Shown here: one piece after another, positions 1 to 11,542 of the stretch
Layout: each line of letters opens with the position of its first letter
How positions within the stretch are numbered: position 1 is the first letter of the stretch
Notes under the pieces: model-generated
What the model was told of the DNA's origin: nothing
What the model saw: the letters and a program-made list of their open reading frames with translations, nothing else
Database searches by the model: none
Assembly: GCA_977017575.1 (NCBI GenBank)
Contig: CDRNVI010000009.1
Location: forward strand, 186,001-250,000
From: Paramoeba atlantica
Taxonomy: Eukaryota; Protista; Discosea
Direction of reading: 5' to 3'
DNA: 64,000 nt
Made by a program: the position numbers and the translations under genes

Positions 1-526
1 AACATATGCATCCTTCAAAATTATTGCGTTCTGCAATGAAAACTTCAAGTTTTGGTGGCAGAGCACTTAACAAAATCTCTCCAGATAACTTGTTCCTGCG
101 AATATTGAGAAAAGTTAAATATACAGGGAGCTCATTGAGTGCGATGTTGCCGCTTAGGTAACTGCGGTGTTTCGCTACCTCACATTTCTCCAAGGTGGGA
201 GGCAAATAACGCCAACATAAACTTCCTTTCAAAACAATTTCCTTGGCTTTACCAAACCAACGAATGCCCATAACATTTCTTTGCGCATCACAAACGACAC
301 CTTTCCATGTACAGGGTGAAACTTCACGAACTTGACCAAAGAAATTACGTTTACTTCGTACCCACGAGGACGGATGATGCGTGAGATTACTGACCAGCTT
401 AGACATAAGCTCTTCTTGGGGAGCCAATAGTGCAGACACTTTTCCCCGACGATTGGACGAGGGTTGTGTGTCGGCGTTCGACACACGACGCATTGAGACG
501 AAGTTGGCCAAAGCAACCGCAGTCAT
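1..526 (-). CDS. LRR protein (Perkinsela-type family), runs off window edge; missed by ORF track
   Basis: Manual translation from ATG at 526: MTAVALANF...RRGKVSALLAPQEELM...RNFFGQVREVSPCTWKGVVC...LSGNIALNELPVYLTFLNIRRNKLSGEILLSALPP; close paralog of 23133-23945. Confidence 0.85.
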   Translation of the reverse strand, partial: MTAVALANFVSMRRVSNADTQPSSNRRGKVSALLAPQEELMSKLVSNLTHHPSSWVRSKRNFFGQVREVSPCTWKGVVCDAQRNVMGIRWFGKAKEIVLKGSLCWRYLPPTLEKCEVAKHRSYLSGNIALNELPVYLTFLNIRRNKLSGEILLSALPPKLEVFIAERNNFEGCIC

Positions 527-614
527 GGTGTGTAAACTGCGAGGTCCGAAATAAAATATTTGAATCGGTTTATGTTTGAAGCAAAAGCTCCCCGAAAAGT
601 AGTCTGCCGTATAA

Positions 615-2228
615 TACTGTACCTCCCCTAGTTATCTGTCGCACCCCCACCCCCCCTAGTTATTTGTCGCTTTTCGGCCCTTCGAATTTTTTTTTCCTTC
701 GAACACCCCCCTAGTGATCTATCGCCTTTCTAAACAAAAATAAAAATTTATAAAATTAGAAGCGAAACTTCAATTCTTTTTTTCTGTTCTGCTTTCAGGA
801 TAATGGTTTTGCGTGGCGTTCTACGGTCATAATTGGAAAACAGGAGTCGGAGCTCGTTATCCCCTCCATCATCCCCTTCATCATCCCCATCATCGTCCGC
901 TTCGGTATCTCTTCCATCATCCCCTTCATCATCCCCGCCCTTATCCCCTTCACTGCCGTCTTCGCCATCCCCTTTCTCTCAGAAGTCTCAGCCGTCTTCC
1001 CTTTCTCAGCGACCTATCGGCCCGCTTTCCTCTTGGATTAAAGCAAGGCCGCCTGCTCCACGAGTGGGCCCTCTTATTACTCCACTGCACGAGAAATCTT
1101 CCGATGTTCCCACTGTGCTAGTTAAAACTTCTAAAGAACTAACTGCACAGAATACATTGTATATGTCAGAGTACCCTGAAGACGAAGGAGCTTAGCGAAT
1201 CCTTTTCGGTAACATTACGTACAATGCAACGCATCAAGGAAAAGGGTGCAACACATTGTCAGGCCACGATAACGAAAGCAGGAGGAAAAAGTAAGCGGCT
1301 GCGGAAATTTAATCACGACAGAGAAGACACCACCTTCTCTTGCCCCGCAACTATAAGAGCAGTCTCCGAAAGCAGATGAATGGGCACGTCTGCGACGAAA
1401 AGGTGCGCTGATTCCCTCCACCAAGCTTGACTTTCTTTGCGATAGACTTTTTCTTGTTTATAAAGAGAAATTTCCTTCTGAAGATGTAATTTTCTGGAAC
1501 GTGCAGAATATGCTTCTTATTATGGGACGAGCCAAATTTTCATCTCAAGCCTCACATAGCACCCGCATATTTGCATGTTTGTACTATGCATATCACTACG
1601 TTCTAGTTCATGTGCGGGGTCATATTATAGCGATTTATGACAGTTTCAATGGGTACGCGTCTCAAATTTTCAATGATAATATAAAGAAATTTAAAGATCG
1701 TGTATGTGAACATTTGAAAACGGACTCTTCACCGTATTATAGTGCCATATTATAATAGTGCCAATGTGTTGTCCGCAGCAAGGTTCTGGTGAAAACAGTT
1801 GTGCAATTCACGTGATAAATAATATGTATTGCACCTTATTTGAAATCCGTGATATTGACATTATTTCCCGTCGTGACATTTTTGAAAATTGGAGTCCGAT
1901 AGCTCCCGATGTTTTACTTTAACCCATGGATGTAACATAATTAATATTTTAACTCTATAAAATGTGTGAATTACTCGCTGGGCTTCTTTTAACCCGTAGG
2001 CGCATGCCTTCAGCTTGTAGTACCCTATTGGGGTAGAAAGGAATCTTCCTAGGCAATAAAGATACCGTTTCTGTAACATTTCGTTCCCTCGTTTCTTTTG
2101 GCGACGGACCCCCCTAGTTATCTGCCGCACTTTGGCCCCCCTAGTTATCTGTCGCACCCCTACCCCCCCCTAGTTATCTGTCACCTTTTCTCGAAAAGTA
2201 GCAACAGATAACTAGGGGGGGTACAGTA
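615..2228. mobile_element. TIR DNA element (TACTGT-terminal family) carrying a decayed Ulp1-like protease
   Basis: Left end tactgtacctccccctagttatctgt (615); right end acagataactagggggggtacagta (2228); subterminal ctagttatctgtc repeats at both ends. Confidence 0.75.
1400..1922 (+). pseudogene. Ulp1/SENP-like (C48) cysteine protease, frameshifted
   Basis: HYVLVHVRGHIIAIYDS (His, Asp) in ORF 1501-1755, and PQQGSGENSCAIHVINN (Gln, Cys) in another frame from 1761; short tandem duplication (tattatagtgcca/tataatagtgcca) at the break. Confidence 0.7.
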
Positions 2229-3025
2229 CTTTTCTGAGAAATCCTTTATAGGATAATCCTTTAGCCGTTAAAGTCTAACGTTACGTAGCCCAAATCACTT
2301 ACAGCATTTGGCGCGAGTTTTCTCTTATTTTAGACAAAAGTCAATCCTGTAATCTCCAATCATACAGGGCACAATGTTTGTTGCCGTTTGCAGACAATCA
2401 ACTTACGGTGTACACTAGTGAATACGTGTCGGGACGATTTACCCACTAGAACCTTCATGGGCCAGCCTTTGAAACGAGGTACATTCACATTTGCTACAGC
2501 AGGCGCATGTAAGCACGCACTGTAATCCCGCCCATCTCGCCAAGGAGGAGTCTATTAAGTTTTTTTGCATCTCGACATGTTTATCCTTGTTCAAACCCCA
2601 TCGCACTTGCGACCACGATATATTTACTTTTTCCTGGAAAAGATCTACACCATCTTTTCGGATGGAATGGATGCCTCGAGATCAGACGCCGTACTTCTCG
2701 CTGATTTGTTGAGCACTGCTACTCGAGTAGCACACATTCAACTTTTCCTGCATTGTTGGGTTCTTTCTTCCATGGGGTGATCCGACGGACACTGGTAATG
2801 TGACAGGCTCCGCGCTCGAAACTGTTGTTTCGTTGGGAGGCCCAACGCGATGAAGAGGGGGATGAAGCTTACCACACTGTGAGTAATGGCATGGGAAAAA
2901 ATACCGGAAATAAATTAATATCTAGCAATATCTCTACACACATCTCTAATTTTAATACAAAAACATGTAGAAAATTGTTAAAAAAATGCGCCGCTTCGCG
3001 GCACAAAATTTCTTGGCCGGAAGAA

Positions 3026-4053
3026 TACAGTCCAGGTATGGGTTTCCCCCCAGGCTCCTGAGCACACCGTAAGAGCTTTTGACCTAATTCCTTCGGCATT
3101 CAACAGATCTCGAAAAACTAGAGCTTTTCCCGTCGTTTGTTTGCCCATCACCCCCCCTGGGTTCTGGGTGGGTGTGATCAAAGATGACAAATTTCAAAAA
3201 ATTAAAATATTTTTGAAGGGGGGTAAAAAATGACAAAAAAGGTGTATGAATTCCTATATTAATACCCACAATGGTCTCCTTGAACGCTCTGCACTATTCG
3301 CAAGCGTTTAGGTACTGAAGTTATGCAATTTAAGACTTGGCGTCGATAAGGATGACGCTTAAGCATCATGAAGGCTTTCTTTATTGCCTTCCGGAGCTGT
3401 GTTTCAGTCTCTGGCTTCAGAATTTTTTTTACAATTCGGTCCATTATTGACCAAACATTCTCGATCGGATTGAGGTCAAGAGAGAGTGCTGGCCACTCCA
3501 ATCGAGTAATTCCTTTTTCGAAAAGGACACGCTTCGTTTTGTTATGCGTGGCCGCGTTGTCGATTTGCACAATCGCTTGTTCTCTATTTTCAACTAAAGA
3601 TTCAAGAATACCCCCCCTTTTTGCCTGCCAATTTTTTTTAGCTAAAGTATGAATCGAGTTTCCTTTTTTATATTGGCGGACAATTTCAAGGCGCTCTGGG
3701 AGTGCACATCGCGAAGTTTTATGGGTAATAGGGGGTGTCTTGTTTTTCGGCGAGTTGGAGTACTGACCTTTAGTAGATTTAACGGGGGTATCCCTCAAAT
3801 TCATAGAATAAGAAACCATATTTGAATTAAAAACTCCCAATTTTTTGAAATATTGGATTCTTTTTGGTAAAATTATGCTATTTTTTCGTGTGTTTTCAGA
3901 ATAGTTTTGACCCAGGGGGGGGGGGGGTGATGGGGAAAAAAACGACGGGAAACGCTCTACTTTTTCGAGATTTGTTGAATGCCGAAGGAATTAGGTCAAA
4001 AGCCCTTACGGTGTGCTCAGGAGCCTGGGGGGGAAACCAGTACCTGGATTGTA
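3026..4053 (-). mobile_element. Internally deleted Tc1/mariner element with long TIRs
   Basis: TIRs tacagtccaggta...ggtttcccccc and the reverse complement at 4053. ORF 3259-3840 joins an HTH start to QIDNAATH...WPALSLDLNPIENVW and lacks the first catalytic D region. Confidence 0.85.
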
Positions 4054-4242
4054 AAGCGGGGGTGCAGATTTTTCATCTGAATGAAAACGAAACTATAAAG
4101 GGGGTGACAGTATATTGATAGTTTTGTAATTTCGGCGAACCCTGTATACAAGTACGAAAAATAAAATATTTATTCCGTGATAATAATAAAAATTTAATTT
4201 CCCAAAGATAACTGCCATCGATTTCAGAATTCAATTCAAAAC

Positions 4243-4995
4243 TCATTTTCTATCGTGTTGTATTCCAACGTTAGCCACGCGTGGCGGAGGCTGAGGCAAA
4301 ATCTGCGAAAAGCAGTTGTCGGATATGTCGATGGACTCCAAAAGTTTTGGCAGAGAGCCAAGACGTGCTGTCCCTTCAAACAAATTGTTTTCCATATCCA
4401 GCCGAGACAACTTGTCAGGTAGATGTTCCAGGTCAACGGTCCCAGTAAACTTATTTTGGCTTAGGAAAAGCCAACTCAATTTCCATGGGAGTCCCGAAAG
4501 GTCCAAATTTCCGCATAACTTATTGTGGTTTAACTGTATTTCTATTGAGAAGGGGGGCAAGACGGTCAAGTCTACAGTACCCTCAAATATGTTGTGATGC
4601 ACAGAAAAAAATGCTATTTCACGTGGCAAATCTTTAATGGATATCGCTCCCATAAACTGGTTCATCCCTAGGTCGATTATGTTCAATGACGCAGGCAAAT
4701 AGTCCCACGCCACTGAGCCAGAAAGTTTGTTATTTTCTAAGCTGAGTTCTTCAAGAGACTGAGGCAATGCGCTCCATAGAATGGACCCACTCAAGTAACG
4801 ATTTTCCCAAGATACGTTACGAATTTTTCCTTCATCACTACACACGACACCATTCCATTCGCAGACGTCTTGCTCTACACTCCAAGTCTTATCCGGATTA
4901 TGGATCAAAGATACAACTTGGCTGAGCTGTACTTCCGGGGGCAATATAGAGCCCCGAACCTTACCCAGTTTTACGTCTGCGAGGGCGATAATCAT
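4243..4995 (-). CDS. Leucine-rich repeat protein
   Basis: N-cap CEWNGVVC, then repeated LPxxLxxLxLxxNxLxGxV units; 250 aa open. Confidence 0.9.
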   Translation of the reverse strand: MIIALADVKLGKVRGSILPPEVQLSQVVSLIHNPDKTWSVEQDVCEWNGVVCSDEGKIRNVSWENRYLSGSILWSALPQSLEELSLENNKLSGSVAWDYLPASLNIIDLGMNQFMGAISIKDLPREIAFFSVHHNIFEGTVDLTVLPPFSIEIQLNHNKLCGNLDLSGLPWKLSWLFLSQNKFTGTVDLEHLPDKLSRLDMENNLFEGTARLGSLPKLLESIDISDNCFSQILPQPPPRVANVGIQHDRK

Positions 4996-5284
4996 CTAAA
5001 AATATGGCAGATAAACAAGAAATTGTGTGATAGGGCTGCATAACTCTTATTGCCCAACCGTTAACACACACTCCATTTATCTTAGGTAAAATTAAACAAA
5101 AATCAAATTAATCTCAGATCTATCTAAGTAAAATTCAATAGCTAGATAATCTAGTAGGCAATAAAATGAATCATTTCCACCATCATGAACGAGCAAGACA
5201 AAAAAGATAGTGAGTCGCTCTCCAATAAAAAAATACTAGTATGTGTTCACCCATATTTGTACAAGACAATGCGAGAATGGTTTC

Positions 5285-7465
5285 TTAGCTCTGTTGTTCC
5301 ATATCGATAAGTATGCGCCGTTGTGTTGTGTGGGAACTCGGAGGTGTGGTATTTTTCGCAATGCTGTTATGCGTATCTCGACGTTCAGGTGAATCACATA
5401 GCAGCGGCTTCCGTGTGTTGTTAGGTGTGTTTGGACGATGAATGGTTTTCTCTCGCTCTGAATCATCGTTCTTGCTTTTCTGCGACCTTTTTTTCAGTTC
5501 CACGTTAGACTCAGTTTTAGGTTTGCTTGATTTTTCTGACGTTTTCGTTTCCTTCACGCTCCTATTCTTTTGCAAATAACGATCGATGCATGTGTCTCGC
5601 AAAACCCCATGTGGTTTTGGTGGATTCGGTATCCAAATTTCTTTATCCAAATCCGTTGCTCGTGGTTCCTCCGTGGGGTCCGCCCTCCAATGAAGAGCCG
5701 AAGGTTCGGAATGGGCATACAGCGATGAGGCCTCCTGTGCCATTCGGTTTAGTTGACCTCGCTCATAGCGTGTAAGTCCTGTGGAAGAATTCGAGGAAGA
5801 GGCAGAAGATTCATCAGAAGAAGATGAATCTGTACCACTGGATATTGACGTTGGTGTCAACCTAGACCTAGAAGGCGTTGAAGAACAAGAATGTGTCCGT
5901 TGCGAGAGATCACGATGAGCTGTGCGATTTGCCTTCGAGGCCCTAGTATGACCAGTGGATTCACTTGAGCCCGTGGACTGCGAGGAGGTTTCCGACTCGG
6001 TGGCGTAGAAACTGTCATCATCTTCCTCCTCCTCGTTGGTGTCATTGTGATGCACTCCCCCAGTAGCGAACCAGGAGTTCACCCCCGTTTCCTGACGTTC
6101 CTGCCGTGCCCTCTTTTCATAACCCTTCGCCAGAGCCTGAATCTCATCTTCCTCTTCCTCCTCTTCTGTTCCGGAACTCCCTGAGGTGCTTGTCTCCGAC
6201 ACCGAACCCGAAGAATCCTCCTCATCACTTACGATTTCAAACCTCCCTCGAGGCTTCCCCACCCTTTTTTGTTTTCTCTTTCCCCGACCCTTCCCCGAGC
6301 TTGACGACGACAACGACGAAGAAGAAGAAGAACAGGAAGAGCTCTCTTCCCCCTCCTCCTCCCCTCCCCCCAACACCCCCTCCGGGTCCCCCTCCACTAG
6401 TGTGTTTTCCAGATCCCCCCCTCCCCGCCTCACCTCCTCCAGCAGCCGGTTGTACCGGTACACATTGTAGTGCGCGTCCGCGTGCCAGTACGCCGTGGTG
6501 GTCCCGTGCAGCCGGTGGTACAGCCGACGCGTACACAGCACACTGTTCTGCGCACACAGGAAAGCGTGGATGTGCTCCCGCGTAGTGTGCTCCTCGGCCA
6601 ACAGGGTCTCATGAAACCCTGCCCCCTCCCGTCCATGATGTACAACAGGGTTCTTTTTTCCCTTCTTGTTGTTGCTCTTCTTCTTTTTTCTTTTTTTCTT
6701 TTGATTTCTATTCTCATCCCTATTATAAGTATTACCATTATCATCACTACAACTATACTTTATTTTATTTACATGGTGTTTTTTAATATGCACTCTCCAG
6801 TCCCGGGCCCGGAGAAACCCGACCCGGGTCAGCGACCCGTCCCGCTGGTGCAGGAACTGCAGCACGTCCAGCGGGTCCACCCAGCGCTCCTGCAGCCCGT
6901 TACGAGCGGATTCCGAGAGCGCCCCGGTGCTCTGCAGGAAGTCGAGGTAGAGCCCCACGGCCCGGGGGTAGCACACGGGGCAGAGGATTAGGTTCTTAGG
7001 GCTCAGCGGCTCGTGGAGCGTACGCAGCAGGTCGTCGAAGCCTTCCATAGAGTGTTCCACTGCGGGGGAGGGGTCGAGGGTGTCGCTGGGGGGGGTGGGG
7101 GTCGTGGGAGAGGGCTGGGGGAGAAGGGGAAGGGGACGGCCCTCGATTTTCTCCAGGTGTTGGATGAAGGCGGGGTCCGCGGGTTCACGAAAGTAGGGGG
7201 GCATCATGAAGGTTCCGCGTTCGTTGGCGATACGGAGGAGGGTGGAGGTGTTGTAGTGGAGGGATTCGCCGGAGTTGCCGACGGGGATGGCGAGGTGGCG
7301 TGGACCGAGGGGTTCATTGGTGATGGCGTCGACTTTTTGAGAGCGTAGGGAGTGGAGACGGTCGCGTTTGGAGACGCGGGGCATGGGTGGGGAAAATGAG
7401 AAGTAGCACGATAGAGAGAGAGAGAAAGAGTCGGGGGTTGGGAGTGGAATGGTACTGGTATTCAA
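5285..7465 (-). CDS. Hypothetical 726-aa protein with Cys/His motifs and long Ser/Glu/Lys low-complexity tracts
   Basis: Long GC-rich ORF on the host-gene strand; DAITNEPL...YNTSTL...PPYFREP, CPVC...HIKKHH. Confidence 0.75.
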   Translation of the reverse strand: MNTSTIPLPTPDSFSLSLSCYFSFSPPMPRVSKRDRLHSLRSQKVDAITNEPLGPRHLAIPVGNSGESLHYNTSTLLRIANERGTFMMPPYFREPADPAFIQHLEKIEGRPLPLLPQPSPTTPTPPSDTLDPSPAVEHSMEGFDDLLRTLHEPLSPKNLILCPVCYPRAVGLYLDFLQSTGALSESARNGLQERWVDPLDVLQFLHQRDGSLTRVGFLRARDWRVHIKKHHVNKIKYSCSDDNGNTYNRDENRNQKKKRKKKKSNNKKGKKNPVVHHGREGAGFHETLLAEEHTTREHIHAFLCAQNSVLCTRRLYHRLHGTTTAYWHADAHYNVYRYNRLLEEVRRGGGDLENTLVEGDPEGVLGGGEEEGEESSSCSSSSSSLSSSSSGKGRGKRKQKRVGKPRGRFEIVSDEEDSSGSVSETSTSGSSGTEEEEEEDEIQALAKGYEKRARQERQETGVNSWFATGGVHHNDTNEEEEDDDSFYATESETSSQSTGSSESTGHTRASKANRTAHRDLSQRTHSCSSTPSRSRLTPTSISSGTDSSSSDESSASSSNSSTGLTRYERGQLNRMAQEASSLYAHSEPSALHWRADPTEEPRATDLDKEIWIPNPPKPHGVLRDTCIDRYLQKNRSVKETKTSEKSSKPKTESNVELKKRSQKSKNDDSEREKTIHRPNTPNNTRKPLLCDSPERRDTHNSIAKNTTPPSSHTTQRRILIDMEQQS

Positions 7466-7981
7466 TATGGTGGTATGGGGTAGAACAGGGTAAGCTCAGA
7501 TCGAACAAGTGTCGTATTAGAAGCAAATAAACTAACAACCAAATTTTCGTTAAACGTACTGGCAAATTTAAAATTAAAACACCACAATTTTACCCTTGTT
7601 GTAAAGAGCTGCAAAAAAAATCAAAACTCATTGAATTTCGAATTATTTAAAATTAACAAAAAATTGGGTGACCCCAAAAGAGTTGTTGACCGAAAAGAAG
7701 CGTAAAAATTTGTTATGCGAAAAAGTGATTTTCTCATATTATTGAAAACTATCTCGCCACCCGAACTTGGATTATAGTTGTGAAAGCAGAAATATTTTGA
7801 AATTTAGTTTTGTATTCCCATGTGTGTGAAATTTCAGGTTGCACTAAACCTTAGAAAAGTGAAGGTGAGGCTCAGTGCAGGTAGCTTCGTTGTAAGGTCA
7901 CAATAAATTCAATAGTGAAAATAGTAAAATTAATGATGTTTTTTCAAAAATGGTTAGTAAATTTTATGCTTTTGAAAGATC

Positions 7982-8878
7982 TTACTCATTTTGATTAATG
8001 AGACTTATCTTCGTGTTTTCAACACCCAGGGTGAGAGACGCGGGGAGGCGACCAAAATCAACTTCACCGTAGAGTTCGGCATTTTTATTGAGAATCAGCA
8101 GTTTCATTCCTGAAGGAAGGCTGCAAAGCTGCACTGGTCCTTTAAAACAATTGTCTTCGCAACTGAAGTATTCCAAGGAAGACGGGAAGTGTTCGAGGTC
8201 AAGGGTTCCACTGAATCTGTTTCCAGATAAATCAAGAAATCGAATAGTTGGAGGGAGACAATGTAGTTCAACATCACCATAAAGGTTTTGAGCGTTTTTC
8301 ATAGAGTTAATTGACAACCACGTCAAACGCAAAGGCAAATGGCACAAATCTACCCTCCCTTCAAAGAAATTTTGCTCTAAATCAATTTCTTCTAATAGAT
8401 GCGGTAGCTGACTAAACTCAAGCTGACATCTGAATAAATTAGTCCTTAGATTGAGATACGAAAGCTCACTAGGGAAAACATTGAACGGAAGAGTCCCTGA
8501 CAACTGGTTGGCGTTCATCAAAATTTTTATCACTGTATGAGGCAACCGTTCCCAGCGCAATGAACCCGCGTAGCCCATTTGACTCCAGCCGATACCTGTC
8601 ACATAGCCATCAAGATTGCAATTCATTCCATTCCACTGACACGCCGGTATGGAAGTGTTCCAGGAGAGATTCGGATTTTCAATGTTTTCAACAAATCCCG
8701 CAAGTTCATATTCCTGTGGTATTTTTGCTCCTCGTACCTTCGCCGTACGACGGGCTTCAGGGTTTGCCTCATCACTTGTGGTCAGTGTGGTGTCTCCTTT
8801 GCTTCGTCCCTTTGTCACGGGTAGTTGTGTATCTGCTAGATGAGCGTGATATATTAGTGTCGTGAAGCACATATACAT
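7982..8878 (-). CDS. Leucine-rich repeat protein
   Basis: PACQWNGMNC N-cap and about 7 LRR units; 298 aa open. Confidence 0.9.
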   Translation of the reverse strand: MYMCFTTLIYHAHLADTQLPVTKGRSKGDTTLTTSDEANPEARRTAKVRGAKIPQEYELAGFVENIENPNLSWNTSIPACQWNGMNCNLDGYVTGIGWSQMGYAGSLRWERLPHTVIKILMNANQLSGTLPFNVFPSELSYLNLRTNLFRCQLEFSQLPHLLEEIDLEQNFFEGRVDLCHLPLRLTWLSINSMKNAQNLYGDVELHCLPPTIRFLDLSGNRFSGTLDLEHFPSSLEYFSCEDNCFKGPVQLCSLPSGMKLLILNKNAELYGEVDFGRLPASLTLGVENTKISLINQNE

Positions 8879-9253
8879 GTAGTAAGATTTCGTAATGGAT
8901 ATACAAATGTCATTAGAGATTGATATTTAATATATCAGAATCCAAAAAAAATCGTGATCGGACTCCAAAAACTTCGTGTAAAATAATTTTACACGACGAA
9001 TCCAACACAGTTCTTCCTTTTTAGGATAAGAACATCAGGGTGGCGATGGATGCAGTGTGACTGTACGTTTGATTGATGCAACAAAAGTTTCAAAAAAGCG
9101 GTGTTTTTCTTAAGCGGAAGTACAGTGTAAATAAATTTTATAAAGGGGAGGGCTGAAAACGTCTGGATGAAAACGAAAGTATAAAGGGTGAAGTGACAGT
9201 ATCAGTAAAATTGACCCCATAACTTTGAAATAAAAATCGAATTACTCGGCATC

Positions 9254-9670
9254 TTAGAAAAAGAATTGGGACATTGCAGGTTCATGTTGGATAATATTCG
9301 GTGGAATTTCGAGAAGCGAGTGCGGCAACAAATATTGCTCAAACGAATTTCCCGATAGCAGTACTCGAGGCGGCGAGGCTCCATTCCAATTTTCGCCTAT
9401 AACAGGGGTTAAGTCGATAACCCCACTCAAGAGATTGTTGCTGAGTCCCAATTCATTCAAATTGGCCATCAATAATGATGGCAATCCCATCAAGCTCGGA
9501 GAAAACTGATTATTGCTTAGATCAAGATTCGTAATCGAGGGAGGGAGATCTGAAAAATGTAGTGTACCACTAAATCCATTACGGGATAGGTCCAATGTGA
9601 AAAGGGACTCGGGGAGATGACTCAAGTCCACCTCTCCGTTAAGATGATTTTCTTTTAGTTGTTTGTTCAT
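9254..9670 (-). pseudogene. 5'-truncated LRR gene, duplicate of the 3' part of 23133-23945
   Basis: ENHLNGEVDLSHLPE...IQHEPAMSQFF is nearly identical to the C-terminal half of the 23-kb LRR; the downstream flank is also similar. Confidence 0.85.
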
Positions 9671-10656
9671 ACAGGGCAGTACCTGTAGAGATAATTAGGT
9701 CGAGCAGGGGTAAGCGCAATCAACGCTCCCTGCTGGACCTTTTCGCCTTCCGAAGCAACACAGGGAAAAGCGCTGGATATCCTCCCCAGGAAAGCGAAAA
9801 GAGACGGCCTCATCGGGATAAGATGTCCCGAGATGTTTCGTAAGCGCAGTGCGCAAGGAAAGATATACGAATTTGTGGGACGCGGATGACATTCCCATCG
9901 TACATGCTACAAATGACTTCCATGGTTCATGATACAACATGGTCAGGGCCATGGATGCATGCTGGCAAATGGAGTCATGGTTCATGATGCATCATGGGCA
10001 TCGGGGTCCCACAGAATCCGCCACGGCTGGTGAGCAAGAGAGGTGCATAGAACATCCTCTAGAACACGCATACAACGTGTTTGCTCGCCGTGTGGGAGAC
10101 TTCCAGTATATGGAAGCCTCCTGCGCGCAGAAGTACCGGTGTCGCCGGATAGTGAAGGCACGCCGCGTGGTCCCGTAGTAGGGTCCTGCAGCGCATGGGG
10201 ACTCGGAACCGTGTTCCGAGCGGGGTGCTGGGAGATGAGGGAAGGGAGGCGCACCCCTACTTTGCGACAAGAGGGACAGTTCCTCTCCTAGCGCCATCCG
10301 GAAAAGAACGAATGGAGTGATAATATAATTGATAAACTTTTGGTAAACGTGGACGGAACCGAATTGTGTTATAACGGGCTCGTCGAGCTCGGTGTTTCAC
10401 CAAAAGTCACTACGCTAAGTAATTTTTCTAAAGGAGACAAGCGCAGCTGTACCTTATTGACTTCTGCATGACTTAGTGGAGACCTTTTTTTCCCATTTGT
10501 AGTGTGGAACGGGCTCGAAACATCGGCTCGGAGCAAATTGGTTGTCGATCATGCGCTCATTGGGGCAGAGATAATCCCCTTAATGCGACGGCCGATATCA
10601 TCGGCACATAATCCGCTCACAACGGATGTCGCCAAAGGGGGTTCGACGCGGACTCT

Positions 10657-10797
10657 GTCGGTAGAGAGGTCCAGGCAACTCGCCTCTCTTTACGCAGCCG
10701 GAGGGGCGTACTGCAACCGACTCGGTCCCAGTCGGTAGAGGTGGTCCAGGCAACTCACCACCTCTTTACGCAGCCGGAGGGGCGCACTGCAACCGAC
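10657..10797 (-). repeat. Two tandem 65-67-nt structured units (predicted three-way junction)
   Basis: Units 10657-10721 and 10731-10797 share the GTCGGT/ACCGAC outer stem, the GCAG/CTGC stem and near-invariant loops; the third stem differs but stays paired. Confidence 0.8.
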
Positions 10798-10804
10798 CGC
10801 TGCA

Positions 10805-11087
10805 GAGTCACGCCCAGTGGTCCTCAAGGGAGGCCACCATGGCGCATAGCTCCCGGGAAGAGACAGGCGCGAGAAGAAGAAAGCCGGGGAGGGAAGAAAA
10901 CTCACTCAAGGAGTGAGCCGGGGAGGGGTGAAAAGTCGGAAGTACGTCCCCTACTTCCACGACAAAGAGAGACAGTTCCCGCTAGCCGTCAGCCGGAAAC
11001 GGGCATTAAAAGGGAAAATGTATGTCCGTTTCCGGGAAAAGAAAGGAAGGGCTAGCAAAATGTACAACAAGGTACATAAACTGTATC
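10805..11087 (-). ncRNA. SL-exon-headed structured RNA, copy 2 (candidate)
   Basis: GATACAGTTTATGTACCTTGTTG (11087-11065) followed by hairpins colinear with 57192-57495. Confidence 0.6.
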
Positions 11088-11119
11088 AACTCTACAATAC
11101 ACATTGTCAACAACACTAT

Positions 11120-11542
11120 ACCTAAAAGGCCGCAAGTATCATCCCTACCATTGAACTCAAGGTAGCCTCCCGGAGTACTGTCACCACAGACTGTTTTCGA
11201 TCCTATCGGGGCGTGGGGACACGTAGCCGCAAGCACTTAACAGTGAACCATAAGAAAGGGTTCGTACCTCCGCAGGGTGTACATACCAATCATGTTGAAC
11301 GGGCTAATGGTATGTGGAAAGATTCTATCTGTTCTCACTTTCGAGGAAATCTTGGGAAGACCGAGCGACGTCGAAGGTGTGCGGAACTCCGAGCATGGTT
11401 ACGAGCACGAAGTTTACTTTCTGCACGCAATGAGGTGCCTTTTGTAGAATTTTTAAAAGCGATGAAGTATTATACAGAGAACAAGAACAAGTACAATGCG
11501 GCACTAGAAGCTGGAGCTTCGTATCTCCCTGAGAATGAGTAA
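11120..11542 (+). mobile_element. Merlin/ISXO2-like transposase, C-terminal fragment
   Basis: In frame from 11132: IIPTIELKVASRSTVTTDCFRSY...HLTVNHKKGFVPPQGVHTNHVERANGMW. Confidence 0.8.

Noticed and set aside
3259-3840. Fanzor/TnpB associated with Tc1-like elements
   Set aside because: No RuvC or zinc-finger TnpB motifs found in any ORF of the window.
5527-7348. Plus-strand ORFs overlapping GC-rich host genes (also around 41900-42370 and 45400-46730)
   Set aside because: Antisense or alternate-frame shadows of GC-rich coding sequence.
9695-10300. Degenerate TATE RT-connection region downstream of the SL-headed RNA
   Set aside because: Only vague motifs (RILWD, WKSFVA) in mixed frames; not supportable without a profile search.
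10447-10459. Possible fifth SL relic CTGTACCTTATTG
   Set aside because: Only 13 nt with one mismatch to the local SL; could be chance.
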